64,000 bases of DNA from Escherichia coli (GCF_013122565.1 NZ_CP053258.1), one strand, 5' to 3'; shown: positions 10,608 to 22,662, numbered from the stretch's first letter. Notes: generated by a model not told the origin, from the letters alone. A program made the numbers and translations.

Positions 10608-11567
10608 TTATAATGATGATAACTTTTCCAAAACTGTTTGACCGTTGAGATTATTTAAACTTTTCCCCGGAGCCCTACAAACCATCTGATTCTTCCCATA
10701 CCCACCAATTAATCCCGGATCGGTTGGTCCATAAACCGTGATATTCGGTCTATCCAGTGCCGCCGTTAAATGGCTTAACCCCGTATCCACCGACACTACA
10801 AATTTAGCCCCGGCCAGCACGCGGGCAACGCCTTCCAGACTCATCTTCGGCAATACTTCAACATAAGCAAATCCTTCCGCCAGTCGTTTCGCCCGTTCTT
10901 CCTCATGCGGCGCGCCCCACGGAAGTTTAATCCGTATTCCTGAATCAGCCAGTAAACCAATCAATTCTCGCCAGTGTTCTTCCGGCCAGTGTTTATCATC
11001 ACGGGTCGTCGCATGAAGAAATACGGCATATTCGCCAGCATCTGTAGGCAGGTTCGTCAGGAAATGCTGTGCAATAGCATAATCGCCCTGGGTTTGCGGT
11101 TTGCTATAGCCCAAACTTTTGGCAAACAGTTCGCGGGTGCGTTCTACGGCGTGCTGCTGTTTTGCAATATGATGTTTACGATTGTAAAACAGGCTGGCTA
11201 AAGGTTCGCGAGCGGTTTGCCAGTCCATTCCATGCTTTACGCCATGCGCCAGACGCGTCACCAGCGCCGCGCTTTTTACCAGCCCCTGAGCATCGATAAC
11301 TGCGTCATAGTTCTCTGCTTGTAGCGCTTCACGAAACGCTTTGCGTTCCGCTTTTATGGGGGCCGAGAACCAGGCTTTACGCCAGCGACGTATTGCCACA
11401 GGAATAACTCGCTCAACGGCGGCGTGCCAGGAAGGAATTTGTGCGAACCCTTCTTCCACCACCCAGTCAAACTTAATCCCTGGGATTGCCTGCTGGGCAT
11501 CAGTGAGTGAGGGCAACGTATGGAGAACATCGCCCATCGACGATGTTTTAACGATCAAAACCCGCAT
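10608..11567 (-). CDS. waaC: LPS heptosyltransferase I
   Basis: 319 aa ORF, N-terminus MRVLIVKTSSMGDVLHTLP recognised. Confidence 0.92.
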   Translation of the reverse strand: MRVLIVKTSSMGDVLHTLPSLTDAQQAIPGIKFDWVVEEGFAQIPSWHAAVERVIPVAIRRWRKAWFSAPIKAERKAFREALQAENYDAVIDAQGLVKSAALVTRLAHGVKHGMDWQTAREPLASLFYNRKHHIAKQQHAVERTRELFAKSLGYSKPQTQGDYAIAQHFLTNLPTDAGEYAVFLHATTRDDKHWPEEHWRELIGLLADSGIRIKLPWGAPHEEERAKRLAEGFAYVEVLPKMSLEGVARVLAGAKFVVSVDTGLSHLTAALDRPNITVYGPTDPGLIGGYGKNQMVCRAPGKSLNNLNGQTVLEKLSSL

Positions 11568-11570
11568 CCG

Positions 11571-12617
11571 TCAGGCTTCCTCTTGTAACAATAGCTCGTT
11601 GAGTTCTTCCAGTACGCGCTGGGGAGTAATGTCGATCAAGCTCTGGTGATAACCCTCCGCAGCGTCACCTTTACGCACTTTGTGATAGCCGGTAATCAGA
11701 CGGATCACGCGTGCTTTATGGGATAGCGGCGGTGTGAAGTCCGGGCTACTCGGACCATACAGGGCAACCAGCGGACGATTGAGCGCCGCCGCAACGTGCA
11801 TCAGGCCAGAATCGTTAGTGACAATGGCTTTACAGGCTGCAATCAGGATAACCGCTTGATCAAGCTGTGTTTCCCCCGCCAGGTTCCGACACCATGCCTG
11901 CTGCTCGGTATTCAAAGCGGCAAGAATCTCATTGCCCGCTTCATGATCTTTCGCCGAGCCAAACAGAACCACCTGATAACCTTCATCAATCAGCTGCTTT
12001 GCCAGCTCCGCATAGTGGTAGTGTGGCCAGCGTTTTGCCGGACCAAACTCTGCACCCGGGCAAAAACCAATCATCGGACGTTCTGATGAAAGCGAAAATT
12101 GATTACAGGTATATGATTTTTCACCTTCGCTCACCTGCAACTGCGGCCATAACAATGGCTGCGGCAGATCTTGTGCGGTACGCATAATGCCTTTGTCATA
12201 GGCCAGCGCGACATAGCGTTCCACCATTAGCGGCCAGGCTTCTTTATCGAGCACACGTACATCGTTGAGTAAACCGTAGCGCATCTCGCCGCGCCAGCCG
12301 GTGCGATGAGGAATACCCGCGAAGAAAGGCACTAATGCAGATTTGAAGGAGTTGGGTAAGACGTAGGCGCGGTCGTAGCGCTTTTCACGCAGGCTATGAC
12401 CCAGTTTGCGGCGTTCGCCGATTTCCAGCGCTCCGTGACCGAGAGGCATAGGGATAGCTTCGTTAACTTCCGGCATCCGCGATAATAATGGACGGCACCA
12501 TGCAGGTGCCATCACGTCGATTATCGCCTGGGGATAGCGCGCCTGGAGCGTGCGATAGAGACTTTGCGACATCATCATGTCGCCAACCCAAGACGGGCCG
12601 ATCACCAGTATTTTCAT
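11571..12617 (-). CDS. waaF: LPS heptosyltransferase II
   Basis: 348 aa ORF, N-terminus MKILVIGPSWVGDMMMSQ recognised. Confidence 0.92.
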   Translation of the reverse strand: MKILVIGPSWVGDMMMSQSLYRTLQARYPQAIIDVMAPAWCRPLLSRMPEVNEAIPMPLGHGALEIGERRKLGHSLREKRYDRAYVLPNSFKSALVPFFAGIPHRTGWRGEMRYGLLNDVRVLDKEAWPLMVERYVALAYDKGIMRTAQDLPQPLLWPQLQVSEGEKSYTCNQFSLSSERPMIGFCPGAEFGPAKRWPHYHYAELAKQLIDEGYQVVLFGSAKDHEAGNEILAALNTEQQAWCRNLAGETQLDQAVILIAACKAIVTNDSGLMHVAAALNRPLVALYGPSSPDFTPPLSHKARVIRLITGYHKVRKGDAAEGYHQSLIDITPQRVLEELNELLLQEEA

Positions 12618-12626
12618 GCAGAGCTC

Positions 12627-13559
12627 TTATGCGTCGCGATTCAGCCAGGCCATATATTCCGTTACACCTTCGGCAACGGTTTTGAACGGTTTGTCGTAAC
12701 CCGCCGCGCGCAGATTTGTCAGATCTGCCTGAGTGAACGCCTGGTAGCGGCCTTTCAGCTTATCCGGGAACGGAATGTATTCGATCTGGCCTTTCTTGTG
12801 ATAAGCCAGCGTTGCATCGGCTACTGCCTGGAAGGATTCTGCACGACCGGTGCCGAGGTTGAAGATACCGGAAACGCCATTTTCCAGGAACCACAGGTTG
12901 ACGTCTGCCACGTCGCCTACGTAAACGAAATCGCGTTTGAAGTTTTCGCTACCTTCGAACAGCTTCGGTGATTCACCGTTGTTAAGCTGGGTGTTGAGAT
13001 GGAAAGCGACGCTCGCCATGCTGCCTTTATGGCCTTCACGCGGCCCATAGACGTTGAAGTAGCGGAAGCCAACAATCTGTGAATTTGCTTCCGGCAGGAT
13101 TTGACGAACATATTCATCAAACAGGAATTTTGAGTAACCGTAGACGTTCAACGGTTTTTCGTACTCGCGGGATTCAATAAAGTCGGAGGTGCGTCCGCCG
13201 TAAGTGGCTGCGGAAGAGGCGTACAGGAACGGGATTTCACGCTCCAGGCAGTAGTGCAGCAGCTCCTTGGAGTATTGATAGTTGTTATCCATCATATACT
13301 TGCCGTCCCACTCGGTGGTGGAAGAGCACGCGCCTTCGTGGAAAATCGCTTCGACATCGCCGAACTCTTCGCCAGCCATAATCTGGATCAGGAAGTCTTC
13401 CTTATCCATATAGTCCGCGATATCCAGATCCACCAGGTTCACAAACTTGGTGCCGTCTTTCAGGTTGTCCACCACCAGAATATCGGTGATGCCTTTATCA
13501 TTCAGGGCTTTAACGATGTTGCTGCCGATAAAGCCCGCGCCGCCGGTAACGATGATCAT
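12627..13559 (-). CDS. hldD: ADP-L-glycero-D-manno-heptose 6-epimerase
   Basis: 310 aa [23 protein letters not shown]ossmann N-terminus; head of hldD-waaFCL operon. Confidence 0.93.
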
Positions 13560-13772
13560 AACTGTAACCTTCGAATTATGGAGTCAGAGACAATCTCAGA
13601 CACGAATACTTCTATCATATCACTACACGGCGTTGGCTTCAGCCATTCGCCAAAAGTGAGATTGATGGACGTTATTTATCCTGAATTTTGCAGAAGTGTT
13701 AACGCGTCATCTCGTCGCGACCTATAAGTTTGGGTAATATGTGCTGGAATTTGCCCTGTCTGGAGAATCGCA

Positions 13773-14969
13773 ATGCGTGGAGAATTTTATCAGCAGTTAA
13801 CCAACGATCTGGAAACCGCACGGGCGGAAGGGTTGTTTAAAGAAGAGCGCATTATTACGTCTGCGCAGCAAGCAGATATCACTGTGGCTGATGGAAGCCA
13901 CGTCATTAACTTTTGTGCCAACAACTATCTCGGGCTGGCGAATCATCCGGATCTGATTGCGGCGGCAAAGGCGGGAATGGATTCTCACGGTTTCGGCATG
14001 GCTTCGGTGCGTTTTATTTGCGGCACTCAGGACAGCCATAAAGAGCTTGAACAAAAACTGGCGGCTTTCCTGGGGATGGAAGATGCGATTCTCTACTCTT
14101 CCTGCTTTGATGCTAACGGTGGCCTGTTTGAAACGCTGCTGGGTGCGGAAGACGCCATTATCTCCGACGCACTGAACCACGCGTCTATTATTGATGGTGT
14201 GCGTCTGTGTAAAGCTAAACGCTATCGCTATGCCAACAACGATATGCAGGAGCTGGAAGCACGTCTGAAAGAAGCGCGTGAAGCCGGTGCACGTCATGTG
14301 CTGATTGCCACCGATGGTGTGTTCTCGATGGACGGCGTGATTGCCAACCTGAAGGGCGTTTGCGATCTGGCAGATAAATACGATGCCCTGGTGATGGTAG
14401 ACGACTCCCACGCGGTCGGTTTTGTCGGTGAAAATGGTCGTGGTTCCCATGAATACTGCGATGTGATGGGCCGGGTCGATATTATCACCGGTACGCTTGG
14501 TAAAGCGCTGGGCGGGGCTTCTGGTGGTTATACTGCGGCGCGCAAAGAAGTGGTTGAGTGGCTGCGCCAGCGTTCTCGTCCGTATCTGTTCTCCAACTCG
14601 CTGGCACCGGCGATTGTCGCCGCTTCCATCAAAGTGCTGGAGATGGTTGAAGCGGGTAGCGAGCTACGTGACCGCCTGTGGGCGAACGCGCGTCAGTTCC
14701 GTGAGCAGATGTCGGCGGCGGGCTTTACCCTGGCGGGGGCCGATCACGCCATTATTCCGGTCATGCTTGGCGATGCGGTCGTGGCGCAGAAATTTGCCCG
14801 TGAGCTGCAAAAAGAGGGCATTTACGTCACCGGTTTCTTCTATCCGGTCGTACCGAAAGGTCAGGCGCGTATTCGTACCCAGATGTCTGCGGCGCATACC
14901 CCTGAGCAAATTACGCGTGCAGTAGAAGCATTCATGCGTATTGGTAAACAACTGGGCGTTATCGCCTGA
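13773..14969 (+). CDS. kbl: 2-amino-3-ketobutyrate CoA ligase
   Basis: 398 aa ORF, PLP-dependent acyltransferase, recognised as Kbl. Confidence 0.93.
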   Translation: MRGEFYQQLTNDLETARAEGLFKEERIITSAQQADITVADGSHVINFCANNYLGLANHPDLIAAAKAGMDSHGFGMASVRFICGTQDSHKELEQKLAAFLGMEDAILYSSCFDANGGLFETLLGAEDAIISDALNHASIIDGVRLCKAKRYRYANNDMQELEARLKEAREAGARHVLIATDGVFSMDGVIANLKGVCDLADKYDALVMVDDSHAVGFVGENGRGSHEYCDVMGRVDIITGTLGKALGGASGGYTAARKEVVEWLRQRSRPYLFSNSLAPAIVAASIKVLEMVEAGSELRDRLWANARQFREQMSAAGFTLAGADHAIIPVMLGDAVVAQKFARELQKEGIYVTGFFYPVVPKGQARIRTQMSAAHTPEQITRAVEAFMRIGKQLGVIA

Positions 14970-14978
14970 GGATGTGAA

Positions 14979-16004
14979 ATGAAAGCGTTATCCAAACTGA
15001 AAGCGGAAGAGGGCATCTGGATGACCGACGTTCCTGAGCCGGAACTCGGGCATAACGATCTGCTGATTAAAATCCGTAAAACAGCCATCTGCGGGACTGA
15101 CGTTCACATCTATAACTGGGATGAGTGGTCGCAAAAAACCATCCCGGTGCCGATGGTTGTCGGTCATGAATATGTCGGTGAAGTGGTAGGTATTGGTCAG
15201 GAAGTGAAAGGCTTCAAGATTGGCGATCGCGTTTCTGGCGAAGGCCATATCACCTGCGGTCACTGTCGCAACTGTCGTGGCGGTCGTACCCATCTGTGCC
15301 GCAACACGATCGGCGTCGGCGTTAACCGTCCGGGCTGCTTCGCCGAATATCTGGTGATCCCGGCGTTCAACGCCTTCAAAATCCTAGACAATATCTCCGA
15401 CGACCTGGCTTCCATTTTTGATCCCTTCGGTAACGCCGTGCATACCGCTCTGTCGTTCGATCTGGTTGGCGAGGATGTGCTGGTCTCTGGTGCAGGGCCG
15501 ATAGGTATTATGGCTGCGGCGGTGGCGAAACACGTTGGTGCACGCAACGTGGTGATCACGGATGTTAATGAATACCGCCTTGAGCTGGCGCGTAAAATGG
15601 GTATCACCCGTGCGGTTAACGTCGCCAAAGAAAATCTCAATGACGTGATGGCGGAGTTAGGCATGACCGAAGGCTTTGATGTCGGTCTGGAAATGTCCGG
15701 TGCGCCGCCAGCGTTTCGTACCATGCTCGACACCATGAACCACGGCGGTCGCATTGCGATGCTGGGTATTCCACCGTCTGATATGTCTATCGACTGGACC
15801 AAAGTGATCTTTAAAGGCTTGTTCATTAAAGGTATTTACGGTCGTGAGATGTTTGAAACCTGGTACAAGATGGCGGCGCTGATTCAGTCTGGCCTCGATC
15901 TCTCGCCGATCATTACCCATCGTTTCTCTATTGATGATTTCCAGAAGGGCTTTGACGCTATGCGTTCGGGCCAGTCCGGGAAAGTTATTCTGAGCTGGGA
16001 TTAA
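14979..16004 (+). CDS. tdh: L-threonine 3-dehydrogenase
   Basis: 341 aa zinc alcohol dehydrogenase-family ORF 10 bp after kbl. Confidence 0.93.
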   Translation: MKALSKLKAEEGIWMTDVPEPELGHNDLLIKIRKTAICGTDVHIYNWDEWSQKTIPVPMVVGHEYVGEVVGIGQEVKGFKIGDRVSGEGHITCGHCRNCRGGRTHLCRNTIGVGVNRPGCFAEYLVIPAFNAFKILDNISDDLASIFDPFGNAVHTALSFDLVGEDVLVSGAGPIGIMAAAVAKHVGARNVVITDVNEYRLELARKMGITRAVNVAKENLNDVMAELGMTEGFDVGLEMSGAPPAFRTMLDTMNHGGRIAMLGIPPSDMSIDWTKVIFKGLFIKGIYGREMFETWYKMAALIQSGLDLSPIITHRFSIDDFQKGFDAMRSGQSGKVILSWD

Positions 16005-16012
16005 CACGAACA

Positions 16013-16037
16013 AGGGCTGGTATTCCAGCCCTTTTAT
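16013..16037 (+). terminator. Rho-independent terminator after tdh
   Basis: GC hairpin AGGGCTGG-tatt-CCAGCCCT followed by TTTTAT. Confidence 0.6.
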
Positions 16038-16242
16038 CTGAGGATAATCCGTTAAATATGTAAAATCCTGTCAGTGTAATAAAGATATCGTAATTGCGCT
16101 GATCTCTTATATAGCTGCTCTCATTATCTCTCTACCCTGAAGTGACTCTCTCACCTGTAAAAATAATATCTCACAGGCTTAATAGTTTCTTAATACAAAG
16201 CCTGTAAAACGTCAGGATAACTTCAGAGGTCGTCGGTAATTT

Positions 16243-17277
16243 ATGATGAACAGCACCAATAAACTTAGTGTTATTATCCCGTTATATAATGCGGGCGATG
16301 ATTTCCGCACGTGTATGGAATCTTTAATTACGCAAACCTGGACTGCTCTGGAAATCATTATTATTAACGATGGTTCAACGGATAATTCTGTTGAAATAGC
16401 AAAGCATTACGCGGAAAACTATCCGCACGTTCGTTTGTTGCATCAGGCGAATGCTGGCGCATCGGTGGCGCGTAATCGTGGGATCGAGGTGGCGACGGGC
16501 AAATATGTCGCTTTTGTCGATGCTGACGATGAGGTCTATCCCACCATGTACGAAACGCTGATGACCATGGCGTTAGAGGACGACCTCGACGTGGCGCAGT
16601 GCAACGCTGACTGGTGTTTTCGTGAAACGGGAGAAACCTGGCAATCCATCCCCACCGATCGCCTTCGCTCAACCGGCGTCTTAACCGGCCCGGACTGGCT
16701 GCGGATGGGGCTTTCTTCGCGCCGTTGGACACACGTGGTCTGGATGGGGGTTTATCGCCGCGATGTTATTGTTAAAAATAACATTAAATTTATTGCCGGA
16801 TTACATCATCAGGATATTGTCTGGACAACAGAATTCATGTTTAACGCGCTGCGTGCGCGATATACCGAGCAATCATTATATAAATATTATCTGCATAATA
16901 CGTCAGTGAGTCGGTTGCATAGACAAGGGAATAAAAACCTTAATTATCAACGTCACTATATTAAGATTACCCGCCTGCTGGAGAAATTAAATCGAAATTA
17001 TGCCGACAAAATTACGATTTATCCGGAATTTCATCAGCAAATAACTTACGAAGCATTGCGTGTTTGCCATGCGGTGCGCAAAGAGCCGGATATTCTTACC
17101 CGCCAACGGATGATTGCCGAGATATTTACTTCCGGTATGTATAAGCGCCTGATTACCAATGTCCGCAGCGTGAAGGTGGGTTACCAGGCGTTACTGTGGT
17201 TTTTCCGCTTATGGCAATGGCGCGACAAAACGCGGTCGCACCATCGCATTACGCGTAGCGCCTTTAATTTGCGCTAG
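16243..17277 (+). CDS. waaH: GT2 glycosyltransferase (LPS core glucuronic acid transferase, YibD)
   Basis: 344 aa ORF, GT2 motifs (SVIIPLYN, DGSTD, DADD); position between tdh and yibQ. Confidence 0.85.
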   Translation: MMNSTNKLSVIIPLYNAGDDFRTCMESLITQTWTALEIIIINDGSTDNSVEIAKHYAENYPHVRLLHQANAGASVARNRGIEVATGKYVAFVDADDEVYPTMYETLMTMALEDDLDVAQCNADWCFRETGETWQSIPTDRLRSTGVLTGPDWLRMGLSSRRWTHVVWMGVYRRDVIVKNNIKFIAGLHHQDIVWTTEFMFNALRARYTEQSLYKYYLHNTSVSRLHRQGNKNLNYQRHYIKITRLLEKLNRNYADKITIYPEFHQQITYEALRVCHAVRKEPDILTRQRMIAEIFTSGMYKRLITNVRSVKVGYQALLWFFRLWQWRDKTRSHHRITRSAFNLR

Positions 17278-18223
17278 CGTTAAGTTTTGCCGCTTCGGGC
17301 TGCTTGCCCCAGCCTTGCCACTGATGCTGGAAGTAAACGATCAGCGTGCTCTGGCTGATGCTTTCGCTTAATACTTCAAAGAAGCGATTAGCATAAACAG
17401 GTTCTATCGGTTTCTTCGGTTTGCAGAGCTTCACGCCACGGAACGGATTACGCGGTGTGTCGGGCACAGTGTTTTTCGGCGGTGTAGACGTATCAACCTG
17501 CGGTTCATTCAGCAAGCTGCTGGCTTTCACCAGCGTAATGTCTGGTGGCAGGTTATAAACCATCTGTTGTAGCACGCGTACCGTTGAAGGGTGAGGATGA
17601 CCGATGGCAATGGTCGAACCGTTGCGACGCGCGAGGTCAATCGCGCGATTGAACTGCACACGGATGTCCGCTTCGTTCTGTGAATCGTCGAGGAACACCT
17701 TCCGTTTGATCACCTTCACGCCAGTGCCTTGTGCGGCGCGCATCGCCTGGGTATTACCGATGGTTACGCTGTCGAGGAAGTAAAGATTGTAACGCTCCAG
17801 CGCCTGCATCACTTTCTGCATACCAAACAGGTTAGAGGTCATCTTGCTGCCCATGTGGTTGTTGATCCCCACGGCATAGGGCACGTTATTGACCGCACTA
17901 CGAATAATGCGCTCAATTTCGTCGCTGCTCATCTCCGGGCGTAGCGTATTTTTCTCCAGCGGCTGTTTACTCAGTGGTGCCATCGGTAGATGAATCAACA
18001 CTTCGTGACCGCTGTTATGCGCTTTGGTCGCCATCTCTCTGGCGTGCGGTGAATCGGGTAATACAGCGACGGAGATAGCGGGAGGCATCGCCAGCACCTG
18101 GTTTTCGTTGTGCGGGCGATACCCAAAATCATCAATGACGATGGCAAGTTTGCCAGCAAGTACGGGGGAGGAGAGCGCCAACAGAGCGGCAAATGCAAGA
18201 ACGTTACGACGAAATGGAAACAA
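17264..18223 (-). CDS. yibQ: Divergent polysaccharide deacetylase family protein
   Basis: 319 aa ORF with signal peptide; 3' end overlaps waaH convergently; downstream of envC. Confidence 0.85.
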   Translation of the reverse strand: MFPFRRNVLAFAALLALSSPVLAGKLAIVIDDFGYRPHNENQVLAMPPAISVAVLPDSPHAREMATKAHNSGHEVLIHLPMAPLSKQPLEKNTLRPEMSSDEIERIIRSAVNNVPYAVGINNHMGSKMTSNLFGMQKVMQALERYNLYFLDSVTIGNTQAMRAAQGTGVKVIKRKVFLDDSQNEADIRVQFNRAIDLARRNGSTIAIGHPHPSTVRVLQQMVYNLPPDITLVKASSLLNEPQVDTSTPPKNTVPDTPRNPFRGVKLCKPKKPIEPVYANRFFEVLSESISQSTLIVYFQHQWQGWGKQPEAAKLNASAN

Positions 18224-18226
18224 AAC

Positions 18227-19486
18227 TTATCTTCCCAACCACGGCTGTGGATTGACCGCCTGACCCTGGCGGCGAATTTCGAAATAGAGTGAAGGTCTGC
18301 CCTGACCACCACTGCTGCCCACCAGTGCAATTGGCTGGCCCGCGCGAACCTGCGAACCAACGCTCACCAGTGCGCTCTGATTATAGCCGTAAAGACTCAT
18401 GTCGCCTTTACCATGCTCAACCACCACCACCAGACCGTAGCCTTGCAGCCAGTCAGCCAGAATCACCCGACCGTCGGCAATCGCTTTAACTTCAGTACCT
18501 TCAGAGGCACCAATCACCATCCCTTTCCAGCGTAATTCACCCTGTAGCTGTTCGCCATAGCGATGCAGCGTCGGCCCGCGAACCGGCCAGAATGCCTGAC
18601 CACGCGGTGCGCCCAGACCACCGGTACGGGACATCAGCGATTTTTCGCTTTCAGTCGGTTTGTAGGTGGTGCCTTTACGCGTCGCTTCTTTCTGGCGGTC
18701 GCGAACCGCCTGGGCCTCACGTGCTTCTCGTTCTGCACGCGCTTTCGCCGCGGCTTCCGCACGGGCAATGCTGTTACGCAGACGGGATTCGTTGGCGCGC
18801 AGCTCGCTCAACTGTTGCTGACCTTGCTGGATGGAAGACTCCAGCCCTGCCAGCGTCTTTTTACGCTCGTTCAGCGCCTGAGTCAGTTTCGCCTGTTGGG
18901 CGCGCTGTTCGTATAACAGCGTTTGTTGCTCGCTCTGTTTCTCTTCCAGTTCGGCACGCTGCATAGCGACTTCTTCACGCGTTTGCTTCAACTGGGCGAT
19001 GGTTTCTTGTCGCGCCTGGTTGAGATAGCCGAAGTAAGCCTGCAATCGTTGACCGCGCTGGCTTTCTTCGCCGCTGAGAATCAGCTGAATACCGGTATGT
19101 TCACCCTGACGAAACGCGGCATCCAGTTGCGCGGCGAGGCTGCGTTCCTGGGAGGCTTTTTGCTGCTCCAGTTTCGCAATCGACGCATTCATCTCATCAA
19201 TCTGTTTATTCAGTTGATTGAGGGTGTTTTGCGTTTCGCGCAGCTTGCGGGTGGCTTCCGAGATCGCCTCTTCCTGCTTTTTCAGCTGAGCAAGCAGGCT
19301 TGCGCGTTGTTGCTGCTGTTGACGTACCGCGCGCTCTTTTGCGGCGATGTCAGCCTGAATAGATTTGAGTTGGTCACGCTCATCCGCGTGGGCGGAAAAG
19401 GCGCACAACAATACGCCAGCGCTAAGAACGCTGGCGTAGATGATGGGCCTGATTGCAAACCTGCGCGGTTTCACGGCCCGTGTCAT
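18227..19486 (-). CDS. envC: Murein hydrolase activator EnvC
   Basis: ORF 18227-19510; probable start MTRAVKPRRFAIRP (419 aa); long coiled coil plus C-terminal LytM-like domain. Confidence 0.9.
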   Translation of the reverse strand: MTRAVKPRRFAIRPIIYASVLSAGVLLCAFSAHADERDQLKSIQADIAAKERAVRQQQQQRASLLAQLKKQEEAISEATRKLRETQNTLNQLNKQIDEMNASIAKLEQQKASQERSLAAQLDAAFRQGEHTGIQLILSGEESQRGQRLQAYFGYLNQARQETIAQLKQTREEVAMQRAELEEKQSEQQTLLYEQRAQQAKLTQALNERKKTLAGLESSIQQGQQQLSELRANESRLRNSIARAEAAAKARAEREAREAQAVRDRQKEATRKGTTYKPTESEKSLMSRTGGLGAPRGQAFWPVRGPTLHRYGEQLQGELRWKGMVIGASEGTEVKAIADGRVILADWLQGYGLVVVVEHGKGDMSLYGYNQSALVSVGSQVRAGQPIALVGSSGGQGRPSLYFEIRRQGQAVNPQPWLGR

Positions 19487-19519
19487 GGTATTAATCGCCT
19501 TTCCCCTCATGGGGAGGGA

Positions 19520-21064
19520 TTATTCCACGATGAACAGCGGCTTACCAGTCATCTCTTGCGGGATTTCCATACCCATCAGCGACAACATGGTCGGCGCGAT
19601 GTCAGAAAGTTTGCCGCCTTCAACCGCTTTCACGTTCTTATCGCCAACGTAAATCAGCGGAACTGGCAGGTTGGTGTGCGCTGTGTGCGCCTGACCCGTT
19701 GCCGGATCGCGCATCTGCTCAGCGTTACCGTGGTCAGCGGTGATCAGCAGTTGTCCACCTACAGACTCAACCGCTTTCGCAACTTCATCCACGCAGTGAT
19801 CCAGCGCTTCAACGGCTTTAACTGCTGCTTCCATCACCCCGGTGTGACCTACCATGTCACCGTTCGGGTAGTTACAGATGATGGTGTCGTATTTGCCGCT
19901 CTTGATTGCCGCAACCAGTTTTTCGGTCAGCTCTGCGGAGCTCATTTCCGGTTGCAGATCGTAAGTTGCCACTTTCGGTGAGTTGATCAGAATGCGGTCT
20001 TCGCCTTGGAACGACTCTTCTACACCACCGTTAAAGAAGAAAGTGACGTGGGCATATTTTTCGGTTTCGGAAATACGCAGCTGAGTTTTGTCGTTTTTCG
20101 CCATCCACTCGCCGAAGGTGTTAACCAGGGAAGCTGGTGGGTAAGCAACCGCAGTTTTGATGTCTGCGGCGTATTCGGTCAGCATCACGAAATCCACGTT
20201 AACCACTTTCTTACGCGCGAAGCCGTCGAAATCAGCGTTCACGAAAGCACGAGTGATTTCACGCGCACGGTCAGCACGGAAGTTCATGAAAATCAGTACA
20301 TCGCCGTCTTCCATTGCCGCGTCTGGCTGACCTTCTGCACGAATAACGGTCGCTTTCACGAACTCGTCGTTTTCGTCGCGAGCATAAGCTGCCTGCAAAC
20401 CAGCAACGGCGGTATCGGCCTGGAACTCACCCTGCGCCAGAGTCAGCAGGTCATAAGCTTTTTCAACGCGATCCCAACGGTTATCGCGGTCCATGGCGTA
20501 GTAACGGCCAATGATAGACGCTACGCGGCCTTTGCCCAGCGCGGCAAATTTCTCTTCAAATTTTTTCAGCGAGGATTCAGCACTGCGCGGCGGAGTGTCG
20601 CGACCGTCAAGGAATGCGTGCAGGTAGATTTTTTCTGCGCCGCGTTCAGCTGCCAGTTCTACCATCGCCATGATGTGATCTTCGTGGCTGTGTACGCCGC
20701 CTGCGGACAGCAGACCCATAATGTGTACCGCTTTGCCCGCATTTTTCGCTTTATCTACCGCGCCAGTCAGCACCGGATTAGCAAAGAAAGCGCGATCTTT
20801 GATTTCAACGTCCAGACGAGTCAGGTCCTGATACACGATGCGGCCGGCACCCAGGTTAACGTGGCCTACTTCGGAGTTACCCATCTGACGGTCAGGCAGA
20901 CCGACTTCCAGACCGGAAGCGTCGATCAGGGTATGCGGACGATTGGCCCACAGTGCATCCATTACCGGGGTTTTAGCACTAAAAATGGCGTTATCCTGCT
21001 GTTCTTCGCGATAGCCATAGCCATCCAGAATCACCAGTACCATAGGTTTTTTAGAAACCGACAT
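19520..21064 (-). CDS. gpmI: 2,3-bisphosphoglycerate-independent phosphoglycerate mutase
   Basis: ORF extends to 21208 but likely start is [15 protein letters not shown] (514 aa). Confidence 0.93.
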   Translation of the reverse strand: MSVSKKPMVLVILDGYGYREEQQDNAIFSAKTPVMDALWANRPHTLIDASGLEVGLPDRQMGNSEVGHVNLGAGRIVYQDLTRLDVEIKDRAFFANPVLTGAVDKAKNAGKAVHIMGLLSAGGVHSHEDHIMAMVELAAERGAEKIYLHAFLDGRDTPPRSAESSLKKFEEKFAALGKGRVASIIGRYYAMDRDNRWDRVEKAYDLLTLAQGEFQADTAVAGLQAAYARDENDEFVKATVIRAEGQPDAAMEDGDVLIFMNFRADRAREITRAFVNADFDGFARKKVVNVDFVMLTEYAADIKTAVAYPPASLVNTFGEWMAKNDKTQLRISETEKYAHVTFFFNGGVEESFQGEDRILINSPKVATYDLQPEMSSAELTEKLVAAIKSGKYDTIICNYPNGDMVGHTGVMEAAVKAVEALDHCVDEVAKAVESVGGQLLITADHGNAEQMRDPATGQAHTAHTNLPVPLIYVGDKNVKAVEGGKLSDIAPTMLSLMGMEIPQEMTGKPLFIVE

Positions 21065-21308
21065 TGCGACAACCTCATACTCAAGAGTCAAAATTTGCGT
21101 AATTTTACTACAGCTGAATCGATAAAATAGCCTCTGAAGATCAAAATATACGACCGCTCGCGGCAAGCCGATGCCAGATTTGCGCTTTTTTTTCGTCGCG
21201 CCCCGCAAAATTGCATTCCAGTTAACGCGCTGGCTGTATTTGCCGCACCGCGCAGGTATACTCCTTTCCTGGTTTTTTTAATCACTACGTCGGGAGTTGT
21301 TACCCCCC

Positions 21309-21740
21309 ATGCAAGAAATTATGCAATTTGTTGGCCGTCATCCCATACTGAGTATCGCCTGGATCGCGTTACTGGTGGCGGTTCTTGTGACTACGTTTAA
21401 GAGCCTGACCTCGAAAGTGAAGGTGATTACTCGTGGTGAAGCTACGCGTCTGATCAACAAAGAAGACGCTGTGGTTGTGGATTTACGTCAGCGTGATGAC
21501 TTCCGTAAAGGCCATATCGCAGGTTCTATCAATCTGTTGCCGAGCGAAATCAAAGCCAACAATGTTGGTGAGCTTGAGAAGCACAAAGACAAACCGGTTA
21601 TCGTGGTAGACGGTTCTGGCATGCAGTGCCAGGAGCCTGCAAACGCGCTGACGAAAGCTGGTTTTGCGCAAGTATTCGTGCTGAAAGAGGGCGTTGCTGG
21701 CTGGGCTGGCGAAAACTTGCCTCTGGTGCGCGGCAAATAA
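21309..21740 (+). CDS. yibN: Rhodanese-domain membrane protein
   Basis: ORF 21297-21740; start at [12 protein letters not shown] gives 143 aa; divergent from gpmI. Confidence 0.85.
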
Positions 21741-21880
21741 TTTACCTGTCGTCTTTCATGATGCAGGCCGTTAGCTGCAATTAGGCCCCCAGCGACTTAT
21801 TGTTATAAGCTTCTGGGGACACTCCATTTTGCTGCCGCCCTGCAACATGAAATTTCAGGGTAAAAAACAGGAGCTAAGTT

Positions 21881-22132
21881 ATGGCCAATGTTGAAATCTA
21901 TACCAAAGAAACCTGCCCGTATTGCCATCGTGCAAAAGCACTGCTGAGCAGCAAGGGCGTGAGTTTTCAGGAGTTGCCGATCGATGGCAACGCCGCTAAG
22001 CGTGAAGAGATGATCAAACGCAGCGGTCGCACCACGGTTCCCCAGATTTTTATTGACGCACAGCACATTGGCGGCTGTGATGACTTGTATGCATTGGATG
22101 CACGTGGTGGACTGGATCCCCTGCTGAAATAA
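21881..22132 (+). CDS. grxC: Glutaredoxin 3
   Basis: 83 aa ORF with CPYC active site. Confidence 0.95.
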
Positions 22133-22194
22133 CGTGTGAACGTTGGCATTACATTGCGCAGTATTTAAGGACAACACTTAAGGGTTTTCTACAC

Positions 22195-22662
22195 ATGTCA
22201 GAACAAAACAACACCGAAATGACTTTCCAGATCCAACGTATTTATACCAAGGATATTTCTTTCGAAGCGCCGAACGCGCCGCACGTTTTCCAGAAAGATT
22301 GGCAGCCAGAAGTTAAACTTGATCTGGATACGGCATCTACTCAACTGGCAGATGACGTTTACGAAGTGGTACTGCGTGTTACCGTAACGGCCTCCCTGGG
22401 CGAAGAAACCGCGTTCCTGTGTGAAGTTCAGCAGGGCGGTATTTTCTCCATCGCGGGTATCGAAGGCACCCAGATGGCACATTGCCTGGGCGCATACTGC
22501 CCGAACATTCTGTTCCCGTATGCTCGTGAGTGCATCACCAGCATGGTATCCCGCGGTACATTCCCGCAACTGAACCTTGCGCCGGTTAACTTCGATGCGC
22601 TGTTCATGAACTATTTGCAGCAGCAGGCTGGCGAAGGTACTGAAGAACATCAGGATGCCTGA
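22195..22662 (+). CDS. secB: Protein-export chaperone SecB
   Basis: 155 aa ORF recognised as SecB. Confidence 0.95.

Noticed and set aside
16150-16220. Possible Pho box upstream of waaH (two CCTGTAAAA repeats)
   Set aside because: The repeats resemble but do not match the CTGTCAT-N4-CTGTCAT PhoB consensus well enough to call a site from sequence alone.
18923-21130. Long plus-strand ORFs (352 aa at 18923-19981, 374 aa at 20006-21130) opposite envC and gpmI
   Set aside because: They lie antisense to strongly recognisable conserved genes, have low-complexity Leu/Arg/Phe-rich translations typical of reverse-frame artefacts, and no start context.
21065-21208. N-terminal extensions of track ORFs (gpmI to 21208, mtlD to 37376, aldB from 45723, sgbU to 57464, lldP to 28917, lldR to 27250, envC to 19510, GH127 to 53365)
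   Set aside because: The extended regions read through REP elements or intergenic DNA and the recognised protein N-termini start at internal ATG/GTG codons with better ribosome-binding sites, so the shorter forms were annotated.
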